The position numbers were made by a program, and so were the translations under genes. Of a stretch of 64,000 nucleotides of DNA, positions 52,961 to 63,244 are shown piece by piece; the first letter of the stretch is position 1, and every line of letters starts with the position of its first letter. The notes beneath the pieces are model-generated. The model was not told the DNA's origin. It did no database searches and was given only the letters and a program-made list of their open reading frames with translations. The stretch covers positions 857,070-921,069 of the forward strand of contig CBDCFV010000006.1 in assembly GCA_965216425.1 (NCBI GenBank), read 5' to 3'. The DNA comes from Dehalococcoidia bacterium. Lineage in GTDB: Bacteria; Chloroflexota; Dehalococcoidia; Lucifugimonadales; UBA3495.

Positions 52961-54808
52961 ATGGTTACACGACCCTGGAAAATCTTCGGAATGGTGGTCC
53001 CGCTGGCGTTAGCGTCGCTGTTGATGTTCGTTATTGCCTGCGGAGGCACTGCAGAGCCTCAAATAGTGGAAAAAGAGGTGATAGTCGAGAAAGAGGTTAT
53101 AAAGGAAGTCCCGGTGGACCGGGAGGTGATCAGAGAAGTCGAAAAGCAAGTAGTCGTAGAAAAGGAAGTCCCCAAGGAAGTCATTAAGGAAATCATTGTC
53201 GAAAAAGAGGTCGAAAAAGAGGTTATCCGTGAAGTAGTGGTCGTGGCTACCGCGGCCCCCGCCCCTACCGCTCAGCCGCAGATCCCCGGTGAGTTCGGTG
53301 GGATCTTTATTAAAGGTGAGGGCCGGTTGCTCTCCGGTTTCGAGCCCACGGACAATACCTGCGTTTGCCAGGTGACCGTGGTCAACGGTGTGTTCAGCCA
53401 AGTGATGTTCACTGATTCCCAGACCTTTGAAGTCAAGGGCGAGATGGCCACCAACTGGAGCGCCAGCCCCGACGGCAAGACCTGGACATTCAAGCTGCGC
53501 GACGACGTCAAGTTCCACGACGGAAGCCCTCTGACCGCCGCGGACGTGGAATACAGCATGTACCGGTGGATGGAGCGCCCCAACAAGATGACAGCAACCC
53601 GCAACGCCGGGGTCCGGTTCACCGTGGAAAGCTATCGGGCGGTCGACCCCACGACCTTCCAAGTTACTCTCAAGGACCCCGATGTTGGCTTCATCCCGGC
53701 CTTTGGCAACGCCTTCGCCGGGATAGTGCCCAAGCACATCTTCAAGCCTGCCGACGATGCAGAGCGGCCCCTCACTATAGAAGACTGGAAGGGCGCAGGG
53801 CCGTTTATGGCAAAGGAATTCCGCAAGGACGAGTTCTTCGAGACTGAAAGGAACCCGGACTACTTCGTGGAAAACCGCCCCTTCCTGGATGGCGTCCGCG
53901 TCTTCCGTATGGACTCGGTCAGTACCCAGCAAGCGGCGATACGAACCAACCGCATCACTATGAGCTCCTTCTTCCCCGGTTGGACCAAGACTGAGTCCGA
54001 CGAGATCAAGGCCCAGCTGGGCGATGATGTGGTCGTCCAGTCTTCCACCCCGGCGATTTTCTACTTCCTCCAGTTCAACATTAACAAGGCACCGTGGGAC
54101 GACGTCAACATGCGTCGTGCGGTCCACTTGGCCATCGACCGCCAGAAGATGATCGATCTGGTAGTCCAGGGCGCAGGTGAGATAAGCCCGTGGTACCACT
54201 GGGCTTGGGAATGGATCGTACCTTTGGAAGAAATCAAGACTTGGGAAGGGTTCAATCCTGATACCAAGGAACAGGACATCGCTGAGGCAACCCGAATCGT
54301 TTCCGATTACACCGGCGGTGAAAGGCTTAAGGCTAACCTGATGTGCCGCACCATCGACGTGTATTGCGACGAAGCCGAGATCATCGTTGAGGACCTTAAG
54401 AACATCGGTATAGACGTGACCTTGGAGTCGTTCGAACCCAACGCCGGTATCCAGAAATGGCGCCGCGGCGACTTTGAGATGATTGGCGGGCAGCGCACAG
54501 CCATGGCCTATGATGACCCCGAGGCTTATAACGCCGCGTTCTACCTCCCCGGCGCCGGAAACAATGGCGTCGGTTGGGAGAACGAAGAGTTTGTTGCCTT
54601 GTGGAACCAGGAAAAACAGATTAGTGACCCAATCGAACGCGGCAAGATTCTCCGCCAGATGGTGGAGATCCTCCGCACGGAACTCCCCGACGTACCTCTC
54701 ATCGAGCCGGCCCAGTTCATCGTTTGGCGGTCCAACTTCAAGGGCTGGCAGATATTCCAGACGGCCAACTCCTACAGCCCCATGTCGGACGTCTGGTTCG
54801 TCAAGTAG
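52961..54808 (+). CDS. ABC transporter substrate-binding lipoprotein, family 5 (peptide/nickel type) with an EKEV-repeat linker
   Basis: Lipobox LMFVIACGG. Low-complexity linker (VEKEVIVEKEVIKEVPVDREVIREVEKQVVVEKEVPKEVIKEIIVEKEVEKEVIREV). SBP_bac_5-like body (KFHDGSPLTAADVEYS). ATG 52961 has a GGAGG Shine-Dalgarno. Confidence 0.85.
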   Translation: MVTRPWKIFGMVVPLALASLLMFVIACGGTAEPQIVEKEVIVEKEVIKEVPVDREVIREVEKQVVVEKEVPKEVIKEIIVEKEVEKEVIREVVVVATAAPAPTAQPQIPGEFGGIFIKGEGRLLSGFEPTDNTCVCQVTVVNGVFSQVMFTDSQTFEVKGEMATNWSASPDGKTWTFKLRDDVKFHDGSPLTAADVEYSMYRWMERPNKMTATRNAGVRFTVESYRAVDPTTFQVTLKDPDVGFIPAFGNAFAGIVPKHIFKPADDAERPLTIEDWKGAGPFMAKEFRKDEFFETERNPDYFVENRPFLDGVRVFRMDSVSTQQAAIRTNRITMSSFFPGWTKTESDEIKAQLGDDVVVQSSTPAIFYFLQFNINKAPWDDVNMRRAVHLAIDRQKMIDLVVQGAGEISPWYHWAWEWIVPLEEIKTWEGFNPDTKEQDIAEATRIVSDYTGGERLKANLMCRTIDVYCDEAEIIVEDLKNIGIDVTLESFEPNAGIQKWRRGDFEMIGGQRTAMAYDDPEAYNAAFYLPGAGNNGVGWENEEFVALWNQEKQISDPIERGKILRQMVEILRTELPDVPLIEPAQFIVWRSNFKGWQIFQTANSYSPMSDVWFVK

Positions 54809-54906
54809 ACCGGTATACCCCTAGGTTTGAGACGGGCGGGATGGAATGTCTCGCCCGTCTTAACAATTCTTCACCCCTCAATGCTTTCCGAATAGCGAGT
54901 CGCTAG

Positions 54907-55854
54907 ATGCGTCAATATATCATTAGAAGACTGTTACTCTTCGTGCCCACTCTTCTATTAGTTTCCATCCTTATTTTCCTGCTGATCCGGGTAGTACCTG
55001 GGGATGCCGCCTTGGCCATGCTCGGCGAGGGCGACTTTACCGATGATGACCTTGAACGCGCCCGTTCCTACTTGGGGTTGGACAGACCGCTGCACATCCA
55101 GTACTACGATTGGATCCGTGGCATCCTGACAGGGGATCTGGGCCTTAGTTTCCAGGATAATACTCCCATAGGCCCTGAAATCGTTCGACGTATGCCCCTC
55201 ACCATCCAATTGGCCTTTCTGACGATGGTATTCTCCTTGTTGCTGGCCATCCCAATCGGGGTGATTTCGGCACTGAAGCAGGATACTTGGCTGGATTATG
55301 CTATACGGTGCTTTTCCATCCTAGGGCTCACCATGCCCACTTTCTGGGTGGGCACCATGCTGGTCATTGTCCTGTCCATATTTTTCGACTGGATACCCGC
55401 GCTTATCTATAGAAACTTCTGGGAAGACCTCAGGGTCAATTTCACGCAGTTGGTGTTTCCTGCGGTGGTTCTCGGCTTCTTCGCCAACGCGGTCACCGCA
55501 CGTATGACCAGGGCCCAGATGTTGGAGATAATGCGCTTTGACTACATCCGCACCGCACGGGCGAAGGGATTGCACGAGCGGCTGGTCATCACGCGGCACG
55601 CCCTTCGGAATGCCCTTCTCCCCGTTACCACAGTCGCCGGATTGCAGTTCGGCGCCCTCTTGGGCGGTACAGTAATTACAGAAACCATTTTCGGCCTGCC
55701 CGGCCTTGGCCGGTTGTTCGTGTCCTCCGTTTTCGAGCGGGACTACCCCGTCCTCCAGACCATAACCCTGCTATTCGCCGGCATCTTCCTGGTTCTCAAC
55801 CTCATGGTAGACTTGCTGTACGGATGGCTGGACCCCCGGATTCGCTACCAATAA
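54907..55854 (+). CDS. ABC transporter permease (DppB/OppB-like)
   Basis: MRQYIIRRLLLFVPTLLLVSILIFLLIRVVPGD N-terminus and EAA loop (YIRTARAKGL.ER.VI.RHALRNALLP). Confidence 0.9.
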   Translation: MRQYIIRRLLLFVPTLLLVSILIFLLIRVVPGDAALAMLGEGDFTDDDLERARSYLGLDRPLHIQYYDWIRGILTGDLGLSFQDNTPIGPEIVRRMPLTIQLAFLTMVFSLLLAIPIGVISALKQDTWLDYAIRCFSILGLTMPTFWVGTMLVIVLSIFFDWIPALIYRNFWEDLRVNFTQLVFPAVVLGFFANAVTARMTRAQMLEIMRFDYIRTARAKGLHERLVITRHALRNALLPVTTVAGLQFGALLGGTVITETIFGLPGLGRLFVSSVFERDYPVLQTITLLFAGIFLVLNLMVDLLYGWLDPRIRYQ

Positions 55855-55866
55855 CAGAGGCGCATT

Positions 55867-56766
55867 ATGCTTTCCCAAGAACGTACCGACATACTCCAAG
55901 CGCCGCTTTCCGGTACCGCGCGCCGGTGGAAAGCGTTCGTCCATTTCGTGCGAGCCAAGCCTTTGGGGGGCTTTGGGCTGGCCCTCTTGGTCCTCATCTC
56001 TCTGGCCGCCCTCTTCGCTCCCGTTCTGGCGCCCTTCGACCCGTCCAGCACCTTCGCCGGGCAAGGTCAGGTGGGTCCCTTCCAGCACCCCTTCTGGCTG
56101 GGAACGGACTGGCTGGGACGTGACATCCTCAGCCGCATAATCTTCGGCGCCCGCCTTTCCCTCATCGTGGGGCTATCCACCGTCATTCTGGGAACGGTGG
56201 CGGGCACCATCATCGGTACCCTCAGCGCTTATGCCGGCGGCGTCTTCGACTTGCTGGTCCAGCGGTTCATAGACTCGATTTCGGCCTTCCCACACCTGAT
56301 TCTAGCCATGGTGCTGGTATCGATCATGAGCCGAGGCCCCATGGCAGTGATCCTGGCGTTGGCGATAGTCAATGTCCCCCTCACGGCCAGGACCGTGCGC
56401 GCCACTGCCCTCGCGATCAAGGAGAACGACTACACGCTGGCAGCACGAGCCATCGGTTCCAGCGGCCAGCGCATCGTTTTCGTGCACATCCTGCCCAACT
56501 GTATAGCTCCCATCATCGTGCTGGCTTCGGTCACCCTTGGATGGGCGATTGTGGTCGAGGCGAGCCTCAGCTTCCTGGGAGTCGGGGTGCCGCCCAACAT
56601 CCCATCCTTGGGCGGCATGTTGACAGGGAAAGCGCTGCGTTTCTTCGTCAGCTCTCCCCATATGGCTATCTTCCCGGGGCTGGCGTTAAGCTTGACGGTG
56701 TTTGGCATCAACCTTCTAGGCGACGCCTTGCGGGACGTATTAGACCCCAGGCTCCGGGGCACATAA
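55867..56766 (+). CDS. ABC transporter permease (DppC/OppC-like)
   Basis: LGTDWLGRDILSRIIFGARLSL and YTLAARAIGSSGQRIVFVHILPN motifs. Confidence 0.9.
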   Translation: MLSQERTDILQAPLSGTARRWKAFVHFVRAKPLGGFGLALLVLISLAALFAPVLAPFDPSSTFAGQGQVGPFQHPFWLGTDWLGRDILSRIIFGARLSLIVGLSTVILGTVAGTIIGTLSAYAGGVFDLLVQRFIDSISAFPHLILAMVLVSIMSRGPMAVILALAIVNVPLTARTVRATALAIKENDYTLAARAIGSSGQRIVFVHILPNCIAPIIVLASVTLGWAIVVEASLSFLGVGVPPNIPSLGGMLTGKALRFFVSSPHMAIFPGLALSLTVFGINLLGDALRDVLDPRLRGT

Positions 56767-56798
56767 GACCCAATGTCCTGATTTCCCGGGAAAGCATC

Positions 56799-56833
56799 AA
56801 AAATCCACTCTCCGGCCGGAGAGTGGATTTTTT
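56799..56833. terminator. Rho-independent terminator (perfect palindrome, bidirectional)
   Basis: AAAAATCCACTCTCCGG|CCGGAGAGTGGATTTTTT lies 33 nt after the permease stop. Confidence 0.7.
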
Positions 56834-56952
56834 GCACCCAAAACGCACGAAACCAGTAAACAGTATTCGAACGTAGAATATCCACAGCATAATATCCTTG
56901 GTTTCCAAGAATTTCGGCGCGGCCCCATTCTTAAAATGAGGATGCCTTAGGC

Positions 56953-57351
56953 ATGATACGCACTATTCTTTATTCTCTGTGGCTCCCAGTCCTGGTGATT
57001 GTTGTATCGATCATCAGATTTGGCTTTAACACGCCTCTTGAAGGGCCCGGCATTATGGGGACCATTATGCTCTTAGTGAGCGTCGTTACGCTGTTTGCTT
57101 TGGCTTGGCCCGCCGCGATTCCACTGACCTTGGCGGTCAGACTTCTGCATCGACGCTCACAAGTCCTGGCTTACGTTTGCGCCTTGATATTGGGAGCAGG
57201 ATCGGTTTTGGCAGTCATCGTGGGCGGGCTTTTCGGGCCGGTCGGCGTCATTGTATACGCGCTTATCGCCGCCCTTCCTGCTTGGATACTGCTGGGAATT
57301 CTTGCCAAGTTCCAGGGAGGAGGCATGGGAAGCCAGCCGTCCAGGGCTTAG
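56953..57351 (+). CDS. Hypothetical four-TM membrane protein
   Basis: 132 aa, hydrophobic throughout. No family recognised. Confidence 0.4.
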   Translation: MIRTILYSLWLPVLVIVVSIIRFGFNTPLEGPGIMGTIMLLVSVVTLFALAWPAAIPLTLAVRLLHRRSQVLAYVCALILGAGSVLAVIVGGLFGPVGVIVYALIAALPAWILLGILAKFQGGGMGSQPSRA

Positions 57352-57546
57352 GAATTGCCTCAACCCCCAGCTTAACGTCGTCCGTCAATGGGCAATGAAC
57401 ATCGCCCCTGTTCTCTCTGGGAGAGTGCAGGGGCGAATGTATGTCAGGCGCTCTGGCAACAGTTCTGCGGAGGTTCCAAGAATGTAAGGGTGTGGCTGAG
57501 TCGTATACACCCCGGGAAGTTACCGGCATTCGTTCGGCGTTTAACC

Positions 57547-57948
57547 TTACCGGCTGTCAGACCGCCACAGGGAAATGGCTTCAAAGAACAGGACCACTAT
57601 AACAATAGAGACAAGGTAGTCCCACAAAGCGGCGACGGGGTCACTGGTAGGCCCCATCTTGGCAAGGTATTGCAGAAGGTACCGGAAGCCCACGATGGCT
57701 ACCAATGCCGTGATTAAGTCGCGGGGAAGTTGGATCAAATGAGAATCGCCGGACATACGAATCAGGAGCGAATCTATTACGTTGACCATCGTAACGCTGA
57801 AAAGGAGCACCAACACCAACGGGTCGGCTATATAGTCCCAGATGAATCGCCCGGCTTCCTCTTCGAAGGCAAAGATGAACGAGTTACCAATGACTGCCAG
57901 TGCTACCATCGCACATAAAACGGCTAACCCTCTTCGCCACGATATCAT
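57547..57948 (-). CDS. Hypothetical four-TM membrane protein
   Basis: 133 aa with four hydrophobic segments. No family recognised. Confidence 0.4.
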   Translation of the reverse strand: MISWRRGLAVLCAMVALAVIGNSFIFAFEEEAGRFIWDYIADPLVLVLLFSVTMVNVIDSLLIRMSGDSHLIQLPRDLITALVAIVGFRYLLQYLAKMGPTSDPVAALWDYLVSIVIVVLFFEAISLWRSDSR

Positions 57949-58057
57949 CTAATATCCTCCCGGCACGTTCTCCAGACCACCGGAAGAAAGTATAGGCCGG
58001 GAAAGGCGGCTACTTCAATGAAACGGCGAGCACGGTAAACCCACTTCGGGAAATGGG

Positions 58058-60352
58058 TCAGTCATTTACAGGAGCCTCGACCTGCACCGGTGGCTCCAGT
58101 GGCAGTGCCACTATCATTTCAGTGAACTCGCCTGGCTGGGTATCCACGTTGATGGTGCCGCCATGTTCACGCACTATGTCGCTGGAGATAGCTAGACCCA
58201 GCCCAGTGCCTTGGCCGGTGGGCTTGGTGGTGAAGAATGGGTTGAATATCTTCTCCATCACTTCCGGGGGCATGCCGTTGCCGTTGTCCTTGATGCGTAC
58301 TACTATTTGGTCCTCCTCCCGCTTGGTGGAGACCCACACAGTCGGCCAGTAGGGATCCCCACTTACACCAGCTCCTTCAAGGCCACGCCGCTTTTCGTCT
58401 GTCGCGTAGCAGGCGTTCCCCACCATGTTCAGGAACACGCGGCCCAAGTCCTGCGGGATGGCTTCCAATTCGCCCGTATCCGGGTCCAAGTCTTGTTGTA
58501 TGTCCAATTGGAAACTCGGGTCCACTGCCCGGGCGCTATGGAAAGCCAGCCTGGAGTATTCGTCGACCAAGGAATTTATGTTGGTAGGCGCCCGTTCCGC
58601 GGACCCGCGGCCCATCATAAGCATGTCGTGGACTATCCGGTTGGCGCGTGCGGTGTGCGATCCGATTCGCTCAAGGTTACTGGAGATGTCGTCAGAGATA
58701 TCCTGAACTAGCCCTCGCTGGTCCTCGCTCATGTTGTTTCCGTCCTCGTCAAGGACCTCCCGCAATTCCGTCAGGAGTTCACTTGAAACCTCGGAGAAGT
58801 TCTTCACGAAGTTCAGCGGGTTCCGAATTTCATGGGCAACGCCAGCGGTGAGTTCGCCCAGGGCAGCCAGCTTCTCCCGCATGACAATCTGGTCCTGCGC
58901 CCGGTTCAAGTCAGCCAGGGTATTCTCCAGTTCATCGTTCTTCCCTGACAGCTCGTCCGTCAGGCCCTCCAGCTCAACGTTCTTACCCTGCAACTCACCG
59001 GCCAAGCTCTCCAATTCAACGTTCTTCCCTTCCAACTCCTGGGCCAGCTCTTCCACCAAATTCAGCCGCTGTACCTCCAAGGCATGTTGGCGGAACACCT
59101 CCAGCGCTGCCGCCATATCCGCCACCTCGTCACGCCCGCCAATCTCCACCTGCACCTCAAGGTCGCCCCCGGCCATCCGGCGCATCCAGTCCGCCAGCAT
59201 CTGCAGCCGGCGCAGCAGCACCCGCCCCACGAACAACCACGCAATAAGCAAAGCACCGCTGATGCTCAAGGCGGTGATCGCCAGCAGCAGTATGCGCCCT
59301 GTCAATACGGCTTGCGTTGACGCACGGGTGGCTTCCTGGGCATTGGCATGTGCTTGACTTACCAGGCCATCCACCGCCGCCACCAAGGTTACCGATATAT
59401 CCCGGTTGTTGGCCAGCAATTCTCGTTGGCTTTCCACTAGCCTCAGTTCCTGATCCAGCAGCTCAAATCCGCCTCTCTCCCCAATCCCTAGTTCAACGAG
59501 CCTGGCTAACGGCGAGGCCACCGCCCTTACTTCAACGAGCCTTCCCAGCTGCAGGTGCTGCCCCTCACGGGCTGCAGAATTTTTCAGCGACGCCAGACTC
59601 CTCTCGATTCGGCCCTCCGACGACTCAAACCGTTCCTTCAGTGGCTCCAAGTGAGGGGCCTCGGAAACGCTGAAAGCGCTTTCCAGCAGGTGCAACGCTA
59701 CGCTCGCATCCGCGTGCAAGTCCGCCAGACGGCGGTATCGCCATAGTTCGTCTTCCGAGAAATGCTCTTCCCTGTCCTTGGGATCCTGATTGAGGTAACG
59801 ATAGCCGGTCATGGTGTAAAACAGTTGGTCGTCGACCGCCGGCACCAGTATATCGTCCAAGCGGGTACGTAACTCTCCGAACTCAGCCCTGAGCGCGCCG
59901 GATTGCGAACTCAGGTCAAAGATCTGGGATTTTTCCGCCTCTATCGCCCTGATGTTGAGGATCAACGTATCGGCGTCGGCCTGAATGCGGTTAAAAACTT
60001 CGCCATCGCCGCCTCCTTGTTGCCCAAGCACCTTCATTGCTGCTTGCAGCGCCTCGTGCGCTTCGGTAATGTCCTGTGAAACGGCCGCCAATTCCTCGGG
60101 TGTTGCCGCCGTAGTCAACCGGGGCGCCGCCACTACCAAGGTACCACTATGCTGCGCCACTCCGAACGCAGCCACCAGTTCAGGCACGCTGCTTTCATTC
60201 ACCCGCGACTGCGCCTCATCCACCCTGCTGAAGGAAAACCATCCCACCAAACTGGCCGCCACGGTAAGAACCACCGCCCCACCGATCGCCAAGTAGAGTT
60301 GGGTCGAAATCCGGTAGCGTCTTTCCAACAAACTACTCAAACGTGCTCTCAT
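58058..60352 (-). CDS. Sensor histidine kinase (large extracytoplasmic helical sensor, HAMP, repeat coiled coil, HisKA-like, HATPase)
   Basis: Two TM segments flank an about 330-aa sensor. HAMP (RRLQMLADWMRRMAGGDLEVQV). H-box LTAGVAHEIRNPLNFV. G boxes DNGNGMP and GQGTGLGLAIS. Confidence 0.9.
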   Translation of the reverse strand: MRARLSSLLERRYRISTQLYLAIGGAVVLTVAASLVGWFSFSRVDEAQSRVNESSVPELVAAFGVAQHSGTLVVAAPRLTTAATPEELAAVSQDITEAHEALQAAMKVLGQQGGGDGEVFNRIQADADTLILNIRAIEAEKSQIFDLSSQSGALRAEFGELRTRLDDILVPAVDDQLFYTMTGYRYLNQDPKDREEHFSEDELWRYRRLADLHADASVALHLLESAFSVSEAPHLEPLKERFESSEGRIERSLASLKNSAAREGQHLQLGRLVEVRAVASPLARLVELGIGERGGFELLDQELRLVESQRELLANNRDISVTLVAAVDGLVSQAHANAQEATRASTQAVLTGRILLLAITALSISGALLIAWLFVGRVLLRRLQMLADWMRRMAGGDLEVQVEIGGRDEVADMAAALEVFRQHALEVQRLNLVEELAQELEGKNVELESLAGELQGKNVELEGLTDELSGKNDELENTLADLNRAQDQIVMREKLAALGELTAGVAHEIRNPLNFVKNFSEVSSELLTELREVLDEDGNNMSEDQRGLVQDISDDISSNLERIGSHTARANRIVHDMLMMGRGSAERAPTNINSLVDEYSRLAFHSARAVDPSFQLDIQQDLDPDTGELEAIPQDLGRVFLNMVGNACYATDEKRRGLEGAGVSGDPYWPTVWVSTKREEDQIVVRIKDNGNGMPPEVMEKIFNPFFTTKPTGQGTGLGLAISSDIVREHGGTINVDTQPGEFTEMIVALPLEPPVQVEAPVND

Positions 60353-61644
60353 GGTCTCACGTCCAGCAAACTGGTCACAGGTTGATAGGTCCCATCTGTC
60401 CCGATTCTGGTCAGAAAAACTTGGTCAGACCCCTGATTATCGCCATCTCCGTATCGTAGCTTGAACCCGTTGATATCAACAACGTTGGAGCTTCGCAAGT
60501 TATTCAGGAAGCAGGCACGGGCGGCATTCCGCCCGCAGCCGTCGAGGCCGGCGATGGCCAGGCGACCTGCCAAGTAACCCTCAAAGGAGACGAAGCCGGG
60601 GACGGCGCCGGGAGCATAGTCCGACAGGGCATTCAGGTAGGTGGCGGTAACCGGGAGGGAGTCGTCGGTTGGGAAAGGTACTACTTGAGTTACGTAAACA
60701 CCCTCGCCGTCGGGTCCCAATTCTTCCGCCAGCGCATTGCTGCCTACGAAGGAGACCGTCATGAACACCGCATCCAAGCCGGTCTGCCGCGCCCACGAAA
60801 TCAGCGCCGCTACCGGTTCGTAGGCGCCTATCATGATTACCGCTTCGGGTTGCCCCTGCACCAGGTCCAGCAGAGCGGTCTTCACCGCCGTGGTGTTTCG
60901 CGGGTACAACCCGATGGACACAGGCTGCATCTGCCGGCGCTCCAAGGCAATCTTCACACCCCGGTACCCGGCTCGACCGTACGAATCGTCCTGGTACATC
61001 ACCGCAATTCTACGAATCTTAAGGTCCTTGGTAAGCCGGTCTACCATCTCCTCGGTTTCCTGGTAATAAGAGGAGCGCATGTTGAGGATGTTATTCCACT
61101 TTTTGTGACGCAGGAACTCCGCCCCGGTAAATGGAGCAATGAACGGCACATTGGCTTCTGCGGCTATTGGCGTGGCAGAGCGTGACGTCGGGGTCCCCAC
61201 TTCCCCTATAAGCGCAAAAACCCCTTCCTCTTCGATGAGCCGTTGAGTGTTAACGATAGCAGCGTCAGGCTCGTAGGCATCGTCGAAGGACTTGAGTTCC
61301 AACATGCGGCCATGGACGCCGCCGCGTTGGTTCACCTCGTAGAACGCCGCCTCGATACCCAGCCGCATATTCTTTCCCAACTCTTGCGCCGGACCGCTGA
61401 AGGCGGCGGACTGGCCGAAAAGGACACGCTCATCGGAGACACCGGTCTCTGAAGCAGAGCCTTCCGGTTGCTCATTGGCCAGAACGGATGGTAGCTTGAT
61501 GACAGGGCTTTGGGTTTTGTTCGAGAGGTTGCACGAAAGGTTGGCCGACAAGCTCACAGCCGCAATGAGGGTTATGATGAGCACAGGTATAAGTACCCGC
61601 CGTGAGAACGGCGAGGCCGCAGACGGACCGGTAGTCCGGTTCAT
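60349..61644 (-). CDS. Periplasmic binding protein, type 1 (LivK/branched-chain amino-acid-type)
   Basis: Signal/TM N-terminus. FGQSAAFSGPAQELGKNMRLGIEAAFYEVNQRGGVHGR is typical of the Leu/Ile/Val-binding fold. No cognate ABC permease or ATPase is nearby. 4-nt overlaps on both sides. Confidence 0.8.
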   Translation of the reverse strand: MNRTTGPSAASPFSRRVLIPVLIITLIAAVSLSANLSCNLSNKTQSPVIKLPSVLANEQPEGSASETGVSDERVLFGQSAAFSGPAQELGKNMRLGIEAAFYEVNQRGGVHGRMLELKSFDDAYEPDAAIVNTQRLIEEEGVFALIGEVGTPTSRSATPIAAEANVPFIAPFTGAEFLRHKKWNNILNMRSSYYQETEEMVDRLTKDLKIRRIAVMYQDDSYGRAGYRGVKIALERRQMQPVSIGLYPRNTTAVKTALLDLVQGQPEAVIMIGAYEPVAALISWARQTGLDAVFMTVSFVGSNALAEELGPDGEGVYVTQVVPFPTDDSLPVTATYLNALSDYAPGAVPGFVSFEGYLAGRLAIAGLDGCGRNAARACFLNNLRSSNVVDINGFKLRYGDGDNQGSDQVFLTRIGTDGTYQPVTSLLDVRP

Positions 61645-62060
61645 TCAGCCTTGCGGGCTACCAGGGTCAGGTAGTTTCTGCCCTGCTCCCGCCTATAGTT
61701 AACCTGATCCATCATCGTCCGTACCAGATGGATGCCTAAGCCGCCCACCTTACGCTCTTCGACCGTCGCTTCCAAATCGGGCGTGGGAACGTCATTCAGC
61801 GGGTCGAATGGACGGCCATCGTCCACTACCTCAATGGTGAGGGTATCAGCCTCCGAGGTAAGGATAAGTTCGAACTCGTGGACACCTTCGTCGTACCCGT
61901 AGTCCATGACGTTGAGCACCACTTCCTCGATCGCCAATTGCACCCGGAAAACCAGTTCGGGGGACCACTTCTCCCGTTCCGCCATACCTTCCACGGCGGC
62001 AACTATCTCGTTCAGCTCCGCGTGCCGGGTTTCAACCTTCATGGACAGCTTCGTATTCAA
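61641..62060 (-). CDS. RsbW/SpoIIAB-like anti-sigma-type serine kinase (HATPase_c_2)
   Basis: 139 aa. LAIEEVVLNVMDYGY, VVDDGRPFDPL, VGGLGIHLVRTMMDQVNY. Confidence 0.75.
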   Translation of the reverse strand: MNTKLSMKVETRHAELNEIVAAVEGMAEREKWSPELVFRVQLAIEEVVLNVMDYGYDEGVHEFELILTSEADTLTIEVVDDGRPFDPLNDVPTPDLEATVEERKVGGLGIHLVRTMMDQVNYRREQGRNYLTLVARKAE

Positions 62061-63244
62061 GTTCCGAACTCGCCTCGGCAGAGTGTCAGGCAGGTGATGT
62101 CATCGGACTGGGGCGCGTCGCCTACAAAGGCATCCACTGCGTGGAAGATCGCTTGGTTGGCTTCCTCAGAGTTCGTCGGCGTGGAGGACCCAAATATTTT
62201 GAGCAAACGTTCGTTCCCGAACTCTTCGTCATCGCCGTTCATGGCCTCGGAAACTCCGTCAGTGTAAAGTACGACGGTATCGCCGGGCGAAAGGGTGACT
62301 GTAGCTTCCTGGTATTCCATGTCAGGGACTAGACCGAGAGCCACACCGTCGGTGAGGGGAAGCAGGTCCGCGTGTCCATCAGCGTGAACGACCAGAGGAG
62401 AGTTGTGTCCTCCGTTGGCGTAGGTCAGCTTCCCATTGGACGGGTCATACACCGCGTACAGGACTGTGACGAACATCGATGCCTCGTTGTCCTCGTTAAG
62501 CAGGTCGTTCACCTCGCGTAACACGTCACCGGGATTGAGGGTGCCTATGGCCGCGCCCTTCAACAGGGTCCGGGTGGACATCATGAAGAGTGCAGCGGGC
62601 ACCCCTTTGTCGGAAACATCCGCGATTGCCAAGCCGATGCGCCCATTGTCCAAGCGCATAATGTCGTAGAAGTCTCCCCCAACACTCCGGGCCGGCTTCA
62701 TGTTTCCGAAAACCTGAAAGGTTGGCCCTTTGGGAAACTGAGTGGGGAGGATGGACTGCTGCATGTTGCTCGCTACTTCGAGTTCGTTCTGCAACGCCAC
62801 CAACTTGTCCCTGGACGACAGCGCCTCGCGCCACTCCGCTATGTGACCTAAGGTCCGTTCGATGGTGATCTCAAGGTCCTCGAAGTCAATGGGTTTGGTG
62901 ACGAAGTCAAACGCCCCGCGGTTCATCGCGGTGCGAATATTCTTCATATCTCCATAAGCCGAAATGATTACCGCACGCAATTCGGGGTCCACTTTGGGTA
63001 TCTGTTCAAGCAGCGTAAGGCCGTCCATCTGCGGCATGTTGATATCTGAGAGCACCATGTCAATTCCATTGTCTGCCCGCAGGCACGCCAATGCCTCTAT
63101 GCCATTCTGTGCGAAGACGAACGTATAAAGACCGGACCGGATTTTGCGTCTCATGCGTTGTAGCACAAGGGGCTCCACGTCCGGTTCATCGTCGACTACG
63201 AGGATCTTGTACGGCCTATTCATCGTCATGCCTTGGTGACCCAT
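62057..63244 (-). CDS. Response-regulator receiver fused to a PP2C (SpoIIE/RsbU-type) phosphatase
   Basis: REC: ILVVDDEPD, DMVLSDINMPQMDG, TKP. PP2C: VGGDFYD, IADVSDKGVPAALFM, LYTDGVSEA, QSDDITCL. Confidence 0.85.
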   Translation of the reverse strand: MGHQGMTMNRPYKILVVDDEPDVEPLVLQRMRRKIRSGLYTFVFAQNGIEALACLRADNGIDMVLSDINMPQMDGLTLLEQIPKVDPELRAVIISAYGDMKNIRTAMNRGAFDFVTKPIDFEDLEITIERTLGHIAEWREALSSRDKLVALQNELEVASNMQQSILPTQFPKGPTFQVFGNMKPARSVGGDFYDIMRLDNGRIGLAIADVSDKGVPAALFMMSTRTLLKGAAIGTLNPGDVLREVNDLLNEDNEASMFVTVLYAVYDPSNGKLTYANGGHNSPLVVHADGHADLLPLTDGVALGLVPDMEYQEATVTLSPGDTVVLYTDGVSEAMNGDDEEFGNERLLKIFGSSTPTNSEEANQAIFHAVDAFVGDAPQSDDITCLTLCRGEFGT

